A stretch of DNA of 64,000 nt from an uncultured delta proteobacterium (GTDB lineage Bacteria > Desulfobacterota > Binatia > UBA9968), in the NCBI GenBank assembly GCA_963771465.1, contig CAVYTU010000015.1:1120001-1184000 (forward strand). Direction: 5' to 3'. The notes under the pieces were generated by a model that saw only the letters and a program-made list of their open reading frames with translations, was not told the DNA's origin and searched no databases. Positions 39,954 to 50,903 of the stretch are shown here, one piece after another. A program made the translations under genes and the position numbers. Within the stretch, counting starts at the first letter, position 1; each line of letters opens with the position of its first letter.

Positions 39954-41265
39954 ATGACTCGCGGGGAGTGTTTGGTCATTCTTACCAAGAAAACACTTCT
40001 AACTTGGATCGTATTCTTCCTCGGCGTCGAGTGCGCGGCAGTTGCGGCTCAAAACAACGAGCTGCGCTTTGTGACTTGGCGACCGGAAGATCCCCAGGTT
40101 TGGAATCAGGGCATCGCGGACTTCGAGAGGCAAAATCCCGGAGTGAAGGTTATCCGCGAGATCGGCCCGCAATCTTCGACCCAGCTCCACGACCTGGTTG
40201 CGCAGAAATTGAAGAATCGGGATACCCGACTCGACGTTTTTGTCATGGACGTCATCTGGCCCACCGAGTTTGCATCGGCCGGTTGGGCCTTGCCGCTGGA
40301 TCGCTATTTCACTACGAGTGAGCAGAAAAAATTTCTCGGCGCACCGGTGGCAGCCAATCAGTATCGCGGGCAGATTTTCGGCGTGCCGCTATTTATCGAC
40401 GCCGGGGTGCTGTACTACCGCAGGGATCTGTTAGAAAAACATAAGCTGTCACCGCCGCGCACCTGGCCCGAGCTCGTCGAAGCCGCCAAAACCATCCTCG
40501 CCCGTGAGCACGATCCGCAACTCGTCGGTTTCTCCGGCCAGTTCAAGCAGTACGAAGGTCTCGTTTGCAACATGATGGAATATATTCTCGGCAATGGCGG
40601 CGCCCTATGGGACCCAACGCGCATGGTAAGCACGCTCGACAGCCCTGCGGCGCTTGCCGCGGTGCGCTTTGTTCGCGATCGCATTATCGGCGAGATTTCC
40701 CACCGCGGTGTGCTCGCCTACGAAGAGCCGGAATCGCTCGCGCTCTTCACCCAAGGACGGGCAATTTTTCACCGCAACTGGCCCTATGCTTGGGCCGTCG
40801 CTAACGATCCGGAAAAATCTCAGATCGCGGGCAAGGTCGCCATGAGTCCCGCTGCCGGGATTTTCCCCCGGCAATGGAGTCGCTGCGCTGGGCGGCTGGC
40901 AGGTGGGCATCAGCCGATTCTCGAACAAACCCGACCTGGCCTGGCGTTTTGCGGCGTTCATGACCGGCGAAGAAATGCAAAAGCGCATCGCCCTCGCCAC
41001 CGGCCGCGCGCCGACGCGGCTCGCGCTCTACCATGATCCGGAAATTCAGGGCAAGATTCAGACGTTGAAATCGCTGCTCGAAACGTTCAAGCAAGCCGTG
41101 CCGCGTCCGGCGACGCCGGTCTACGTGCCGTTGTCGAATATCATGCAGCGCTATTTCAGCTCGGTGTTGGCCCTGCCGAGCACGGACGTCAACGCGCGCG
41201 CCGCGCTCGCCGCGCGCGACATGAATCGCGCCCTGGACCTTGTGCGTGAAAGGCCGGCGCCATGA
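39954..41265 (+). CDS. Sugar ABC substrate-binding protein (trehalose/maltose-like), frameshifted at ~40848-40850
   Basis: MDVIWPTEFA, GVLYYRRDLL, QYEGLVCN, RNWPY; removing one C gives SPLPG...ALGGWQVGI continuing to 41265. Confidence 0.85.
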
Positions 41266-42149
41266 AAAGCTCGCAGCGCCTTGCGGCCGTCTTTCTGTTG
41301 CCGAGCTTTCTTTTCGTCGCGCTCTTCTCCATCTTCCCCATCGTCGAATCGTTTCGCCTGAGCTTCTACCGGCTGATTCTGACCCTGCCGTGGTTCGGTC
41401 AGAAAATGGTCGGCTGGGAGAACTACGCCGATCTTTTGACCGATCCCGTGGCGCTCGCGGCGATTAGGACGACGCTGATTTTCATCGGCGTGACCGTCTC
41501 GCTGGAATTGTTTCTCGGCTTGGGCATCGCGCTGGTATTGAACGAAGCTTTTCGCGGCCGGGGACTTCTGCGCGCCGTCGTGCTCATTCCGTGGGCGATT
41601 CCGACCGTGGTTTCTTCGCAAATGTGGCGTTTCATATTTAACGACCGCTACGGCCTGGCGAATCTAATGCTGTTCGGCGCCGACACATCGCGCTATCTGT
41701 CCCCGCTGGCCGAGCCCGATTTGGCACTGACCGCGATTACGATCGCGGAGATCTGGAAGACCACGCCCTTCGCCGCGCTGATTATTTTGGCCGGCCTGCA
41801 AGGCATTGCCGACGACCTTTACGAGGCGGCGAGCATCGACGGCGCCACGGCGTGGCAAAAATTTCGCCATGTCACCTTGCCGCTGCTCAAGCCGGCCCTG
41901 CTTCTGGCATTGTTATTCCGCACCATCGATGCCCTGCGCGTGTTCGATCTGGTATTTGTCATGACTCAAGGCGGCCCGGCCGACGCGACCAATGTCCTGC
42001 AATTCTATGGCTATAAAAAAACCTTCGCGGAAGGGATGATCGGCTATGGCTCAGCCATCGCCGTGGCGGTGTTTTTGATGTCGCTGGTTCTGTCGCTGGT
42101 CTATCTGCGCGCATTCAAGACCAGCCGCGTAGAGGGGACAACGCCATGA
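41262..42149 (+). CDS. Sugar ABC permease
   Basis: LIPWAIP, IWKTTPF, LYEAASIDGA (EAA loop). Confidence 0.92.
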   Translation: MKSSQRLAAVFLLPSFLFVALFSIFPIVESFRLSFYRLILTLPWFGQKMVGWENYADLLTDPVALAAIRTTLIFIGVTVSLELFLGLGIALVLNEAFRGRGLLRAVVLIPWAIPTVVSSQMWRFIFNDRYGLANLMLFGADTSRYLSPLAEPDLALTAITIAEIWKTTPFAALIILAGLQGIADDLYEAASIDGATAWQKFRHVTLPLLKPALLLALLFRTIDALRVFDLVFVMTQGGPADATNVLQFYGYKKTFAEGMIGYGSAIAVAVFLMSLVLSLVYLRAFKTSRVEGTTP

Positions 42150-42961
42150 AGCGTTCCACCGCCCTCGCGCTTTTTTCCTGCGCCATCGCGCTCTATTGTC
42201 TGGTGCCGTTTCTCTGGTTCGTTCTGACTTCGTTCAAGACCAGCGCGGAACTGACCGCGATCCCGCCCACCTTGGTGCCCTCGTTTCATTGGAGCTTCTA
42301 TCAGTCGGCATTGCAAAACTATGGACTGCTGCATTACGTCGTCAACAGCACCATCGTCGCCGGCTCGGCCACGCTGCTCACCATCACCGTCGGTTCGCTG
42401 GCGGCCTACGCCATCGCGCGCTTAGATTTAACTTGGACGAATTTTTATCTGCTCTTCCTGCTCGCCATCTCCATGTTTCCGCAGATCGCCATCGCCGGTC
42501 CGGTCTGGACGATCCTCGACCGTCTACAGTGGCTCAACACTTTTCAAGGGCTGGTGGCGGCGTACGTCGCCCTGTCATTGCCGCTGGCGATCTGGATTCT
42601 CACGACGTTTTTCCGTGATGTGCCAAGGGAAATCGAGGAGGCGGCGCTGATCGACGGTTGCAGCCGGCTGCAAGCCCTGTACAAGGTCGTGTTGCCGCTC
42701 GCGGCGCCGGGAATTCTCACCGCCGCGCTGCTCGTCTTCATTCAGGCTTGGAATGAGTTTTTCTTCGCGCTGATTATAATGACCGATCCGGAGGTCCAGA
42801 CTCTGCCGGTCGGCATCGCGCTCTTTCCCGGAGAATACACCATGCCGTGGGGTGAGATCAGCGCTGCGTCCACCATCGCCACGATCCCGTTAATCGTTCT
42901 CACCCTGATTTTTCAACGCGGCATCGTGCGCGGCTTGTCGGCGGGCGCGGTCAAAGGTTAA
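42146..42961 (+). CDS. Sugar ABC permease
   Basis: IEEAALIDG, AWNEF, TLPVG, GLSAGAVKG. Confidence 0.92.
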   Translation: MKRSTALALFSCAIALYCLVPFLWFVLTSFKTSAELTAIPPTLVPSFHWSFYQSALQNYGLLHYVVNSTIVAGSATLLTITVGSLAAYAIARLDLTWTNFYLLFLLAISMFPQIAIAGPVWTILDRLQWLNTFQGLVAAYVALSLPLAIWILTTFFRDVPREIEEAALIDGCSRLQALYKVVLPLAAPGILTAALLVFIQAWNEFFFALIIMTDPEVQTLPVGIALFPGEYTMPWGEISAASTIATIPLIVLTLIFQRGIVRGLSAGAVKG

Positions 42962-42980
42962 ATCCAATGCCGGAGGATTT

Positions 42981-44057
42981 ATCGCTGCACTTTCAGTAAA
43001 ACGACTTTCAAAGCGCTTCGGCGCCGCGGAGGTGTTGCAAAATATTTCTTTCGACGTTGCCGACGGCGAATTTTGCATCCTGCTCGGTCCTTCGGGTTGC
43101 GGCAAATCGACCTTGTTGCGTTTGATCGCTGGTCTCGAAGAGCCCAGCGGCGGCGAAATTTTCATTGGCGCCGAACGGGTCGATGGCTTGGCTCCGCGCG
43201 AGCGCGACGTCGCCTTCGTATTTCAAAACTACGCGCTTTATCCGCACATGACCGTATTTGAAAATCTCGCCTTTTCATTGCGCCTGCGCGGCATGTCGAA
43301 AACTGAAATCGGCCCCAAGGTCAAAGACGCCGCGCGGCTCTTGGAAATCGAAGATCTGTTGGAACGCCGGCCCCAGGCGCTGAGCGGCGGCCAGAGACAG
43401 CGGGTGGCGCTCGGCCGGGCCATCGTACGCCAGCCGAAGATTTTTCTCTTCGATGAGCCGCTCTCGAATCTGGACGCGACTCTGCGTGCCAACATGCGCG
43501 TGGAGTTGGCGCGTTTGCATCACCGGCTGGGCGCCACGATCGTTTACGTGACTCATGACCAGGCGGAAGCTTTGACCCTCGGCGACCAGATCATTGTTCT
43601 CAATCGAGGAACGATCCAACAGACCGGCTCCGCGGCGGCGGTGTACCGCACACCGTCCAATGTCATGGTCGCCGGTTTCGTCGGCAATCCGCAAATGAAT
43701 TTACTCCAAGGCAATGTTGACAGCAGTGGCTCCGTGTTTCAGTGCATGAGCTTGCGCTTGGATCTGACGAGTCTGTTGAACAAATCACTGCGGCAACTAT
43801 CGCAGCGGTCACTGACCATCGGCATCCGCGCCGAAGATTTCGCCATCGCCGACCCGGCGGCGGCGTGGATCGCCGGTGACGTCGAGTTCGTCGAGGACCT
43901 TGGTTCTGACCGCTATCTTCGGGTTAAATGCGACCCAATCGAGCTGGTCGTCCGGGCTGGCAGAGAGCAAAACATTCAGCGGGGTGATCGGATCGGCCTC
44001 AACGTCCGGTTCGATCGAATGCATTTCTTTGCCGACGGCAAACGCTATGAACTCTAA
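42981..44057 (+). CDS. Sugar ABC ATP-binding protein (MalK-like); start uncertain
   Basis: GPSGCGKST, VFQNYALYPH, LSGGQRQR, DEPLSNLD; MalK-like N-terminus extends in frame to ATC at 42981. Confidence 0.9.
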   Translation: MAALSVKRLSKRFGAAEVLQNISFDVADGEFCILLGPSGCGKSTLLRLIAGLEEPSGGEIFIGAERVDGLAPRERDVAFVFQNYALYPHMTVFENLAFSLRLRGMSKTEIGPKVKDAARLLEIEDLLERRPQALSGGQRQRVALGRAIVRQPKIFLFDEPLSNLDATLRANMRVELARLHHRLGATIVYVTHDQAEALTLGDQIIVLNRGTIQQTGSAAAVYRTPSNVMVAGFVGNPQMNLLQGNVDSSGSVFQCMSLRLDLTSLLNKSLRQLSQRSLTIGIRAEDFAIADPAAAWIAGDVEFVEDLGSDRYLRVKCDPIELVVRAGREQNIQRGDRIGLNVRFDRMHFFADGKRYEL

Positions 44058-44171
44058 CGAGTCTGTCAAAGCAATTCGCCGCAACGCACCCACAAACCCA
44101 ACCGTCGCATTTGAGTTTTTGCCGCAATCGTATTAACACCGGGCAAATGAGTGATCACGGAGGGCTGCGAA

Positions 44172-44879
44172 ATGAAAATTATCAATCGAGACCTTTCATC
44201 GGACAAGGACGGCATCCCCGGCTATCTCGCTCATCCCGATCGCAAAGAACCCGGCCCCGGAGTGATGATCGTGCATCACCACTACGGCGTCACGGGTAAT
44301 ATGAAAGTTAAAGTCTGCGACTACGCCAAGCTCGGCTACACTACCGTCGTACCTGATCTGTATAAAATGCTCGGCGCGGCCGACGGCGTGCACGAAGCTC
44401 AGAAGAGCACGACCGACGGACAGTTCGTCGAAATCCTCACTCAATCCTGGCGCTATCTGACTTCGAGACCGGAAGTGGACGCCAAACGCTGCGCCGTCGT
44501 CGGTTACTGCATGGGCGGGCGCATTGGCATTCACTTCGTCGCCGCGACGCCAAGTGTGCGCGCTTTCGTTGGCTACTATCCGTCAGTGCGCGACGAAGAG
44601 CCGAACAAGTTGCGGCCGCGCCATCCCAACGACGCCGTCAAAGACTTCAAGTGTGCGTCGCAAATATTCCTCGGCGGCAACGACCACGTCGCCAGCATTC
44701 CGGTGCAGCAAAAGTTAATGGCGAGTTTCCAGGCCAACGGCCAACCACTCGATTGGCACTTTTTCCAGCGCGCCGGCCACGGTTTCGCCATGGCCGACGG
44801 CGAATGCTACGATCCGGGCTTGGCGGAACACGCGTGGACGCTGGTGGCGGATTTCCTAGGTAGAGAGTTGGGGGAATAG
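44172..44879 (+). CDS. Dienelactone hydrolase family protein
   Basis: VVPDLY, GYCMGG nucleophile elbow, AGHGF. Confidence 0.88.
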   Translation: MKIINRDLSSDKDGIPGYLAHPDRKEPGPGVMIVHHHYGVTGNMKVKVCDYAKLGYTTVVPDLYKMLGAADGVHEAQKSTTDGQFVEILTQSWRYLTSRPEVDAKRCAVVGYCMGGRIGIHFVAATPSVRAFVGYYPSVRDEEPNKLRPRHPNDAVKDFKCASQIFLGGNDHVASIPVQQKLMASFQANGQPLDWHFFQRAGHGFAMADGECYDPGLAEHAWTLVADFLGRELGE

Positions 44880-44896
44880 TTAGTGAAGGATACGGA

Positions 44897-45367
44897 TTAG
44901 GAAATCTCAAAAAGAAAGTTTGCTGCATCGCCGCGCTCGCGCCAGCCGGCTTTGAGATAAAACTGCCGCTGATAAGATTCGCGGTTACGCAGGTTAATCA
45001 GGGATAGCCGTTGACAGCCGCGTGCCCGCGCATCGGTCTCGATGACTCTGAGCAGCTGGCGGCCAACTCCTTAACCTCGCAAGTTATCACGCACGAATAA
45101 TTCGGAAACATATCCTTCCGGCCCCGACATGAAAATATACGGTAGCCAGTGCACCGAACCGTATCCAGCGATTTCGCCATGCGGCCATTCGGCGACGTAG
45201 ACAGAGTGACTATCGTCCGAGAGACATTGTCGGAGCTGGCTTTCAACTCGCGTGACCGAGTCCTTGAACGGCCGAGTCCTGAACAACTCGAACCATCCTA
45301 TTCCTCGCAGCAAATCTGCCAGCCGAGGCGCATCGTCGATCACGGCCTTTCTAATCAACGTCTCCAT
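44897..45367 (-). pseudogene. GNAT acetyltransferase with in-frame TAA at 45071-45073
   Basis: ...SELFVRDNLRG*GVGRQLL...ARGCQRLSL...FYLKAGW... continues in the same frame to TAA at 44897. Confidence 0.75.
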
Positions 45368-45466
45368 AGCATCGCTCCGTTCTGATGCATCGTTACATGC
45401 GCTAATCGTAACTTTTCAGCTAGCACGCTCCTTGATCCACGGCAAATCGATCTGGTTAGCACGACC

Positions 45467-46646
45467 TCACACCGCCTGACCTCCCGCCCAGCCCGACGAC
45501 CACGCCCATTGAAAGTTAAAGCCGCCGAGATGGCCGGTGACGTCGACGACTTCGCCGACGAAATAAAGACCGGGAACGATTTTCGACTGCATCGTCGTCG
45601 ATGACAGTTCATCGGTATCGACACCGCCCGCAGTCACCTCGGCTGTGCGATATCCTTCCGTGCCCTCTGGACGGAAGCGCCAGTTCTGCAACCGCTCGCA
45701 GATCGCGCGACAAATCGCGCGGCGAATATTGGCGCAGCGGCTGGCTGCCCAGTTCGACTGCGCATAAGCGCTGCGCCAGTCGCTTCGGCAGGAACTCGCC
45801 GAGTACCGTTTTCAATTCGGCATCCGAACGCGACGATTGGCGCTTTCTTAGCCAAGTATCAGCGTCGGTCAAGGGCAAGAAATTAACCAAAAGTTCATCA
45901 CCCGCCTTCCAGTATGACGATATCTGCAAAATCGCCGGCCCGCTGATGCCGCGATGGGTAAACAGCATCGCATTGGCAAAGCTCTGACCGCCACACTCGA
46001 CTTGAACCGGCAAGCTGACGCCCGACAAATCTTTGTACCGAACCAAATCGTCTGGACTGAATGTAAACGGCACCAGCCCGGCGCGCGTCGGTACAACCCG
46101 ATGGCCAAATTTCCTGGCAAGCTCGTAACCCAAGCTCGTGGCGCCCATCTTCGGCACCGACAACCCGCCACAGGCGATCACCAGTGATGACGCTTCGATC
46201 GTGCCGCGGTTGGTTTTCAACACAAACCGATTGGCGCCACGCTCCACTCCGTTCACGCTGCATTCAGTCGTAATCCGCACACCCGCAAGACGACATTCAT
46301 CGCTTAGCAACTTAACGATCAATTTCGCCGACTGATCGCAAAATAATTGGCCAAGTTCTTTCTCGTGATAGGCGATGCCATGGCGTTCGACCAAGGAAAT
46401 AAAATCCCACTGCGTGTAGCGCGCCAACGCGGACTTGCAGAAATGCGGATTAGCCGAGAGAAAATTTTCCGGGGTAATGTTGAGGTTGGTAAAGTTGCAG
46501 CGGCCGCCGCCGGAGATGAGAATTTTCTTGCCGATCCGGTCGCAGTGTTCGAGCACGACAACGCGCCGCCCGCGTTTACCTGCCTCTATGGCGCACATCA
46601 AACCCGCGGCGCCGCCGCCGATGACGACAACGTCGAATGGAATCAT
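45467..46646 (-). CDS. HI0933/BaiN-like flavoprotein, frameshifted near 45705-45712
   Basis: GGGAAG, GKKILISGGGRCNFTN, FTHRGISGP; C-terminal AEVTAGGV, GGFNFQWAWSSG in the other frame. Confidence 0.88.
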
Positions 46647-46770
46647 TAACGCGGCGCTAAGCAGTCAGATTCTCACAATTCGCGAACGGATAAACCAAGC
46701 GGCAATATCCGAACGCCGGCGCCAGCATGCAGTCAGCCATTACGTTCGCCATAAGTCTGCCAGCGCGCAG

Positions 46771-47946
46771 TCAAATAATCCCCTTCTCCTTAAACTCGGC
46801 GATCTTTGTCTCGTCGTAGCCGAGCGCTTTGAGAAACTCGCCGTTGTTCTCGCCGAGCTCGGGTGGCGGAGAAGGGAACGGCGACGGCGTCTCGCTATGC
46901 GTCAGCGGGAATTTCACGGTGCGGATCGTCGGCTTATCTTTGCGTTCGATGGCGATCTGCATGCCCATGTGCTTGACCTGCGGGTCGTCGAAGACTTCTT
47001 TCAAGTTGTACACCGGAGTGTGCGGCACGTCGTTGGCTTCGAGCTGATCGATCCAGTGCGAGCGCGGCTGTTCTTTGAAAAATACCGCGAAAGTTTTATT
47101 GAGTTCGTCGTAGTTGCTGCGCCGGTCCGGCCGCGACTTGAAGCGCGGATCTTCGATCAGCTCGGGATGACCGACCGATTTGCAAAGCCCTTCCCAAAAT
47201 TTTTGCGGCGATGACAAATGGATCGCCAACATCGCGCCGTCGGCGCAGGCAAACGCATAGGTCTGCGACTGGCGCGGCCGGGTGTACGGACCGGGGACGC
47301 GTCCATGCGCCAGCGTTTCAGTCGCCGGCGCGTTCAAAAACGCGAGAATCGAACCGACCATGGTCGCATCGATCTGCTGCCCTTTGCCGGTCTGATTACG
47401 CGCCATCAGCGCGCCTAAAACTCCCAACGCCGAAAACATTCCGCTCAAGCAATCGGCGTAGGCCGGGCCGACCGGCTTGGGATTTTTTGGGTCCATCAAG
47501 ACGCTCATCATGCCGCCCATACCTTGGCCGACGGTGTCGTAGGCAGGCCGTTTGACGTATGGACCCGTCGGGCCGGTGCCGGTGATGGAGCAACAAACAA
47601 CTCGCTCGTTGATTTTCTTGAGCGCGTCGAAATCGATGCCTAGTTTTTTGGTCACGCCGGGCCGATAGTTATCCATCACCACGTCGGCTTCTTTGACCAT
47701 GCCGTAAAAAATTTCCTTGCCTTCCGGCGTCTGCAAGTTGAGCGTCACGCTTTTCTTGCCGCGATTGTAAGCCCAAAAGTTCGGCTGATCGCCGCCGAAA
47801 TCCCAGCCGCGAAAAGGATCGCCACCCTTGGGATTTTCTACTTTGATCACTTCCGCGCCCATATCGGCCAGCAACATCGCGCCGTAGGGCCCGGAAATAA
47901 AATTGCCCAACTCCAAAACTCTGATGCCATTCAAACAACCACTCAT
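46771..47946 (-). CDS. CaiB/BaiF family CoA transferase
   Basis: GAEVIKVE, NRGKKS, NYRPG, AYD, PELGE. Confidence 0.92.
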   Translation of the reverse strand: MSGCLNGIRVLELGNFISGPYGAMLLADMGAEVIKVENPKGGDPFRGWDFGGDQPNFWAYNRGKKSVTLNLQTPEGKEIFYGMVKEADVVMDNYRPGVTKKLGIDFDALKKINERVVCCSITGTGPTGPYVKRPAYDTVGQGMGGMMSVLMDPKNPKPVGPAYADCLSGMFSALGVLGALMARNQTGKGQQIDATMVGSILAFLNAPATETLAHGRVPGPYTRPRQSQTYAFACADGAMLAIHLSSPQKFWEGLCKSVGHPELIEDPRFKSRPDRRSNYDELNKTFAVFFKEQPRSHWIDQLEANDVPHTPVYNLKEVFDDPQVKHMGMQIAIERKDKPTIRTVKFPLTHSETPSPFPSPPPELGENNGEFLKALGYDETKIAEFKEKGII

Positions 47947-48053
47947 GCTCTTGTCTCCTTAATTCTTATCTTGCTATCGTCCGCTGCCTATTGCCTGAAG
48001 CCTTGCTAATCAGATATTGAACTTTCATATCCCCCATTTCACAGGAGAACAAG

Positions 48054-49418
48054 ATGGCCACACCACCACCGGTTACCGACACACTGGCGCGCTTCGTCAC
48101 GGACACCGATTTTTCGTCGATCTCCGAAAAAACCCGCGCCAACGCCAAGATGCATATCCTCGACACGCTCGGCGTTGCCCTGGCCGGCTCCAAGACCGCC
48201 GTCGCGGACATCGCCGTCGATTATTGCAAGAAACTCGGCGCGTCGAGCGAAGCATCGATCTGGGGCACGCAAGCGAAAGCGTCGGTCTCCACCGCGGCAT
48301 TTGCCAATGGCCTGTTATCTCACGCGCTTGACTACGACGACTGGGACGCGTTCATCCATGTCGGTCATCCGTCAAGCATGCTGGTCGGCGCGGCGCTGCC
48401 GCTGGCGGAAAATCTCGGCGCCTCCGGCAAAGAGTTGCTCAAAGCCTACGTGCTCGCCATGGAAGTCATCTGCAAACTCGCCGCGCACTCGCCCAACATG
48501 CAGGACCGCGGCTTTCACAGCACGCCGGTGTTCGGCAGCCTCGGCGCCGCCGTTGCGTGCGGCAGCTTGTTGAAACTCGATGCGGCCAGGCTCAAAGCCG
48601 CTATCGGCGTCGCCGCCTCAGGCGCCGGCGGCATTCACCGCCAGCAGGGCTCGATGGTCAAACCGTTTCACGCCGGCAACTCGGCGCGCAACGGCGCCGA
48701 AGCCGCGCTGCTCGCCAGTAACGGCTTCACCGCCGACACCGCCATCTTCGAAGCGCCGCGCGGTTTTTGCGACACCTTTTTCGGCAAGGATACCTGCGAC
48801 TACGACAAGATGATCGAGAACCTCGGCCAGCCGTTTTATTTAGAAACCCCGGGAATGGGATTGAAATGGCACCCATGCAGCGCGCCGCAGTTCCTCGCCG
48901 CCGACGCCGCGCTGCATTTGAAGCATGAGCACAAGATAGACTTTGCCGATGTCGAGAAAATAGAGGTCAGCATCCCGCCGCTGCGCTACCAGCGCCATTA
49001 CGCAGCCGAAGTCAAAACCGGCCTGCGCGGCAAGTTCACCATCAACTTCGTCGTCGCCATGGGCCTTCTCGACGGCAAACTGGAGATCGCGACGTTTACC
49101 GATGACTACGTCAATCAACCGCGAGTCCAAGACGCGTTTAGCAAAGTCAAAGTCATCGTCGACGAGTCGATCCCCGAACCCGGCCCGTATTGTCCCGTCA
49201 GCGTCGAGCTAAAAGACGGCACCCGCCACAGCTACACGGCCAAAATCGCCAAAGGCGACCCGCGCAATCCGATGACCGAAGCCGAAGTGATGGGAAAATT
49301 TCGCGGCAACGCGCGTCAGGCGATTTCAGAGAAGCAGACTGAAGCGGTAATCGACGCAGTGAACCGCCTCGAATCGGTGGACAACGTAAAAACCATCGTC
49401 GACCTGCTCAAAGCATAA
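48054..49418 (+). CDS. MmgE/PrpD family protein
   Basis: HALDYDD, HP, RGFHST, KPFHAG, KWHPCS, KGDPRNPM. Confidence 0.9.
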   Translation: MATPPPVTDTLARFVTDTDFSSISEKTRANAKMHILDTLGVALAGSKTAVADIAVDYCKKLGASSEASIWGTQAKASVSTAAFANGLLSHALDYDDWDAFIHVGHPSSMLVGAALPLAENLGASGKELLKAYVLAMEVICKLAAHSPNMQDRGFHSTPVFGSLGAAVACGSLLKLDAARLKAAIGVAASGAGGIHRQQGSMVKPFHAGNSARNGAEAALLASNGFTADTAIFEAPRGFCDTFFGKDTCDYDKMIENLGQPFYLETPGMGLKWHPCSAPQFLAADAALHLKHEHKIDFADVEKIEVSIPPLRYQRHYAAEVKTGLRGKFTINFVVAMGLLDGKLEIATFTDDYVNQPRVQDAFSKVKVIVDESIPEPGPYCPVSVELKDGTRHSYTAKIAKGDPRNPMTEAEVMGKFRGNARQAISEKQTEAVIDAVNRLESVDNVKTIVDLLKA

Positions 49419-49647
49419 AAACCGGAGTGTGAACACTGCTGTCTGCGCACTTTCCTGAGGGCTGGCTAGAAACACCCTCTCGCCGGTTTCTTTTTTGTAC
49501 TCTTTGCGCTCTTTGCGGATAAATTTCCGCACATCTTCGGTTGCGGCTTAGCCGCGCCGGTCTTGCCTGCTGTATAAACCCTGCGGTGGAAAACCTTTTT
49601 CGATTGCGATAAGTGAAAAGCTGCTCTTAGAAACGGCATTAGTTCAA

Positions 49648-50829
49648 ATGATCTCCGGCGCTCTTGAAGGAATCACTTGTATCGACGTCAGCGGCCACGT
49701 GGCCGGGCCTTACGCCAGCAGTTTGCTCGGCGATCTCGGCTGCGAGGTGATAAAAATCGAATTGCCCAACGGCGGCGACACGCACCGCGGCAGAAATCCC
49801 AAATATGAAGGCTACGGCCCGAGCTTTCGCGCGCTCAATCGCAACAAAAAAAGCGTCACGCTCAACCTGCGCGAGAAAAAGGCTCGCGAGATATTGCTGA
49901 AGCTGTTGGCCGGCGCCGACATCTTTCTAGAAAATTTTCGGCCGCCGACGCGCGAACAACTGGGCCTCGATTACGATGATCTGGCGAAGGTGAATACGAA
50001 ACTAATCCACTGTTCAATTTCCGGCTACGGCCAGAGCGGGCCATATCGCGACAAGCCCGGCTTCGACACCATCGGCCAGGCGTTGAGCGGCATGATGAGT
50101 CTGGTGACCGACCTCGACGATCCGAAAGTCGCCGGCATTTCGTTCGTCGATCACACGGCGGGCATCTTCGCCGCCCACGGCATCATGGCCGCGCTGATCG
50201 CGCGCGGCAAAACCGGACTGGGCCAGTTCATCGACGTGTCGCTACTCCAAGTCGCCATCGCCTTCATCGAGTCCCATGTGTCTGACTTTTTAAACGGCGG
50301 TGAAGCGGTGTCGCGGGAAAATTTTCCCAAAGGGAGAATTTACAGCCTGCTCGATTGTGATAAGAAACCATTCATGGTGCATCTGTCGGGACACAACGAA
50401 GCCTGGGAAGGATTGCTCAAAGCCGGCGAGCTCGAGGGTTTGATCGGCGATCCGCGCTTCGCCACGCGCAAACAACGCAGCGACCGGCATGCGGAAATCG
50501 TCAAGCTCCTGCGCGACGCATACGCCAAAAAACCGCGGCAATACTGGCTGCCGCGGCTGGACGCCAACGACATCCCCAACGCGCCGATCAACACGATCCA
50601 CGAAGTGTTCGACAACCCGCAGATCAAGCATTTGGGCATTCCCCAACCGATCGAGCATCCGAAGATGGGAATCAGCAACTTGGTCGGCAGCCCGATCAAC
50701 ATGTCCGGCACGCCGCCAAAGTTTTTTCGCGCCGCGCCGCTGCTCGGCGAGAATACTCAAGAAGTATTGGCGAAATTGGGTTACGACGAAGCTGCGGTGA
50801 TGGAATTGAGAACAAACGGAGTGATATGA
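49648..50829 (+). CDS. CaiB/BaiF family CoA transferase
   Basis: AGPY, EVIKIE, NRNKKS, ENFRP, GFD, APLLGE. Confidence 0.92.
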   Translation: MISGALEGITCIDVSGHVAGPYASSLLGDLGCEVIKIELPNGGDTHRGRNPKYEGYGPSFRALNRNKKSVTLNLREKKAREILLKLLAGADIFLENFRPPTREQLGLDYDDLAKVNTKLIHCSISGYGQSGPYRDKPGFDTIGQALSGMMSLVTDLDDPKVAGISFVDHTAGIFAAHGIMAALIARGKTGLGQFIDVSLLQVAIAFIESHVSDFLNGGEAVSRENFPKGRIYSLLDCDKKPFMVHLSGHNEAWEGLLKAGELEGLIGDPRFATRKQRSDRHAEIVKLLRDAYAKKPRQYWLPRLDANDIPNAPINTIHEVFDNPQIKHLGIPQPIEHPKMGISNLVGSPINMSGTPPKFFRAAPLLGENTQEVLAKLGYDEAAVMELRTNGVI

Positions 50830-50903
50830 AATGAGTTTCGAGTTTCGCGTTCGCAATCCGAAGCTCGAAACCCGAGACCGGGAACGATTGAAAGGAGTCA
50901 GCA

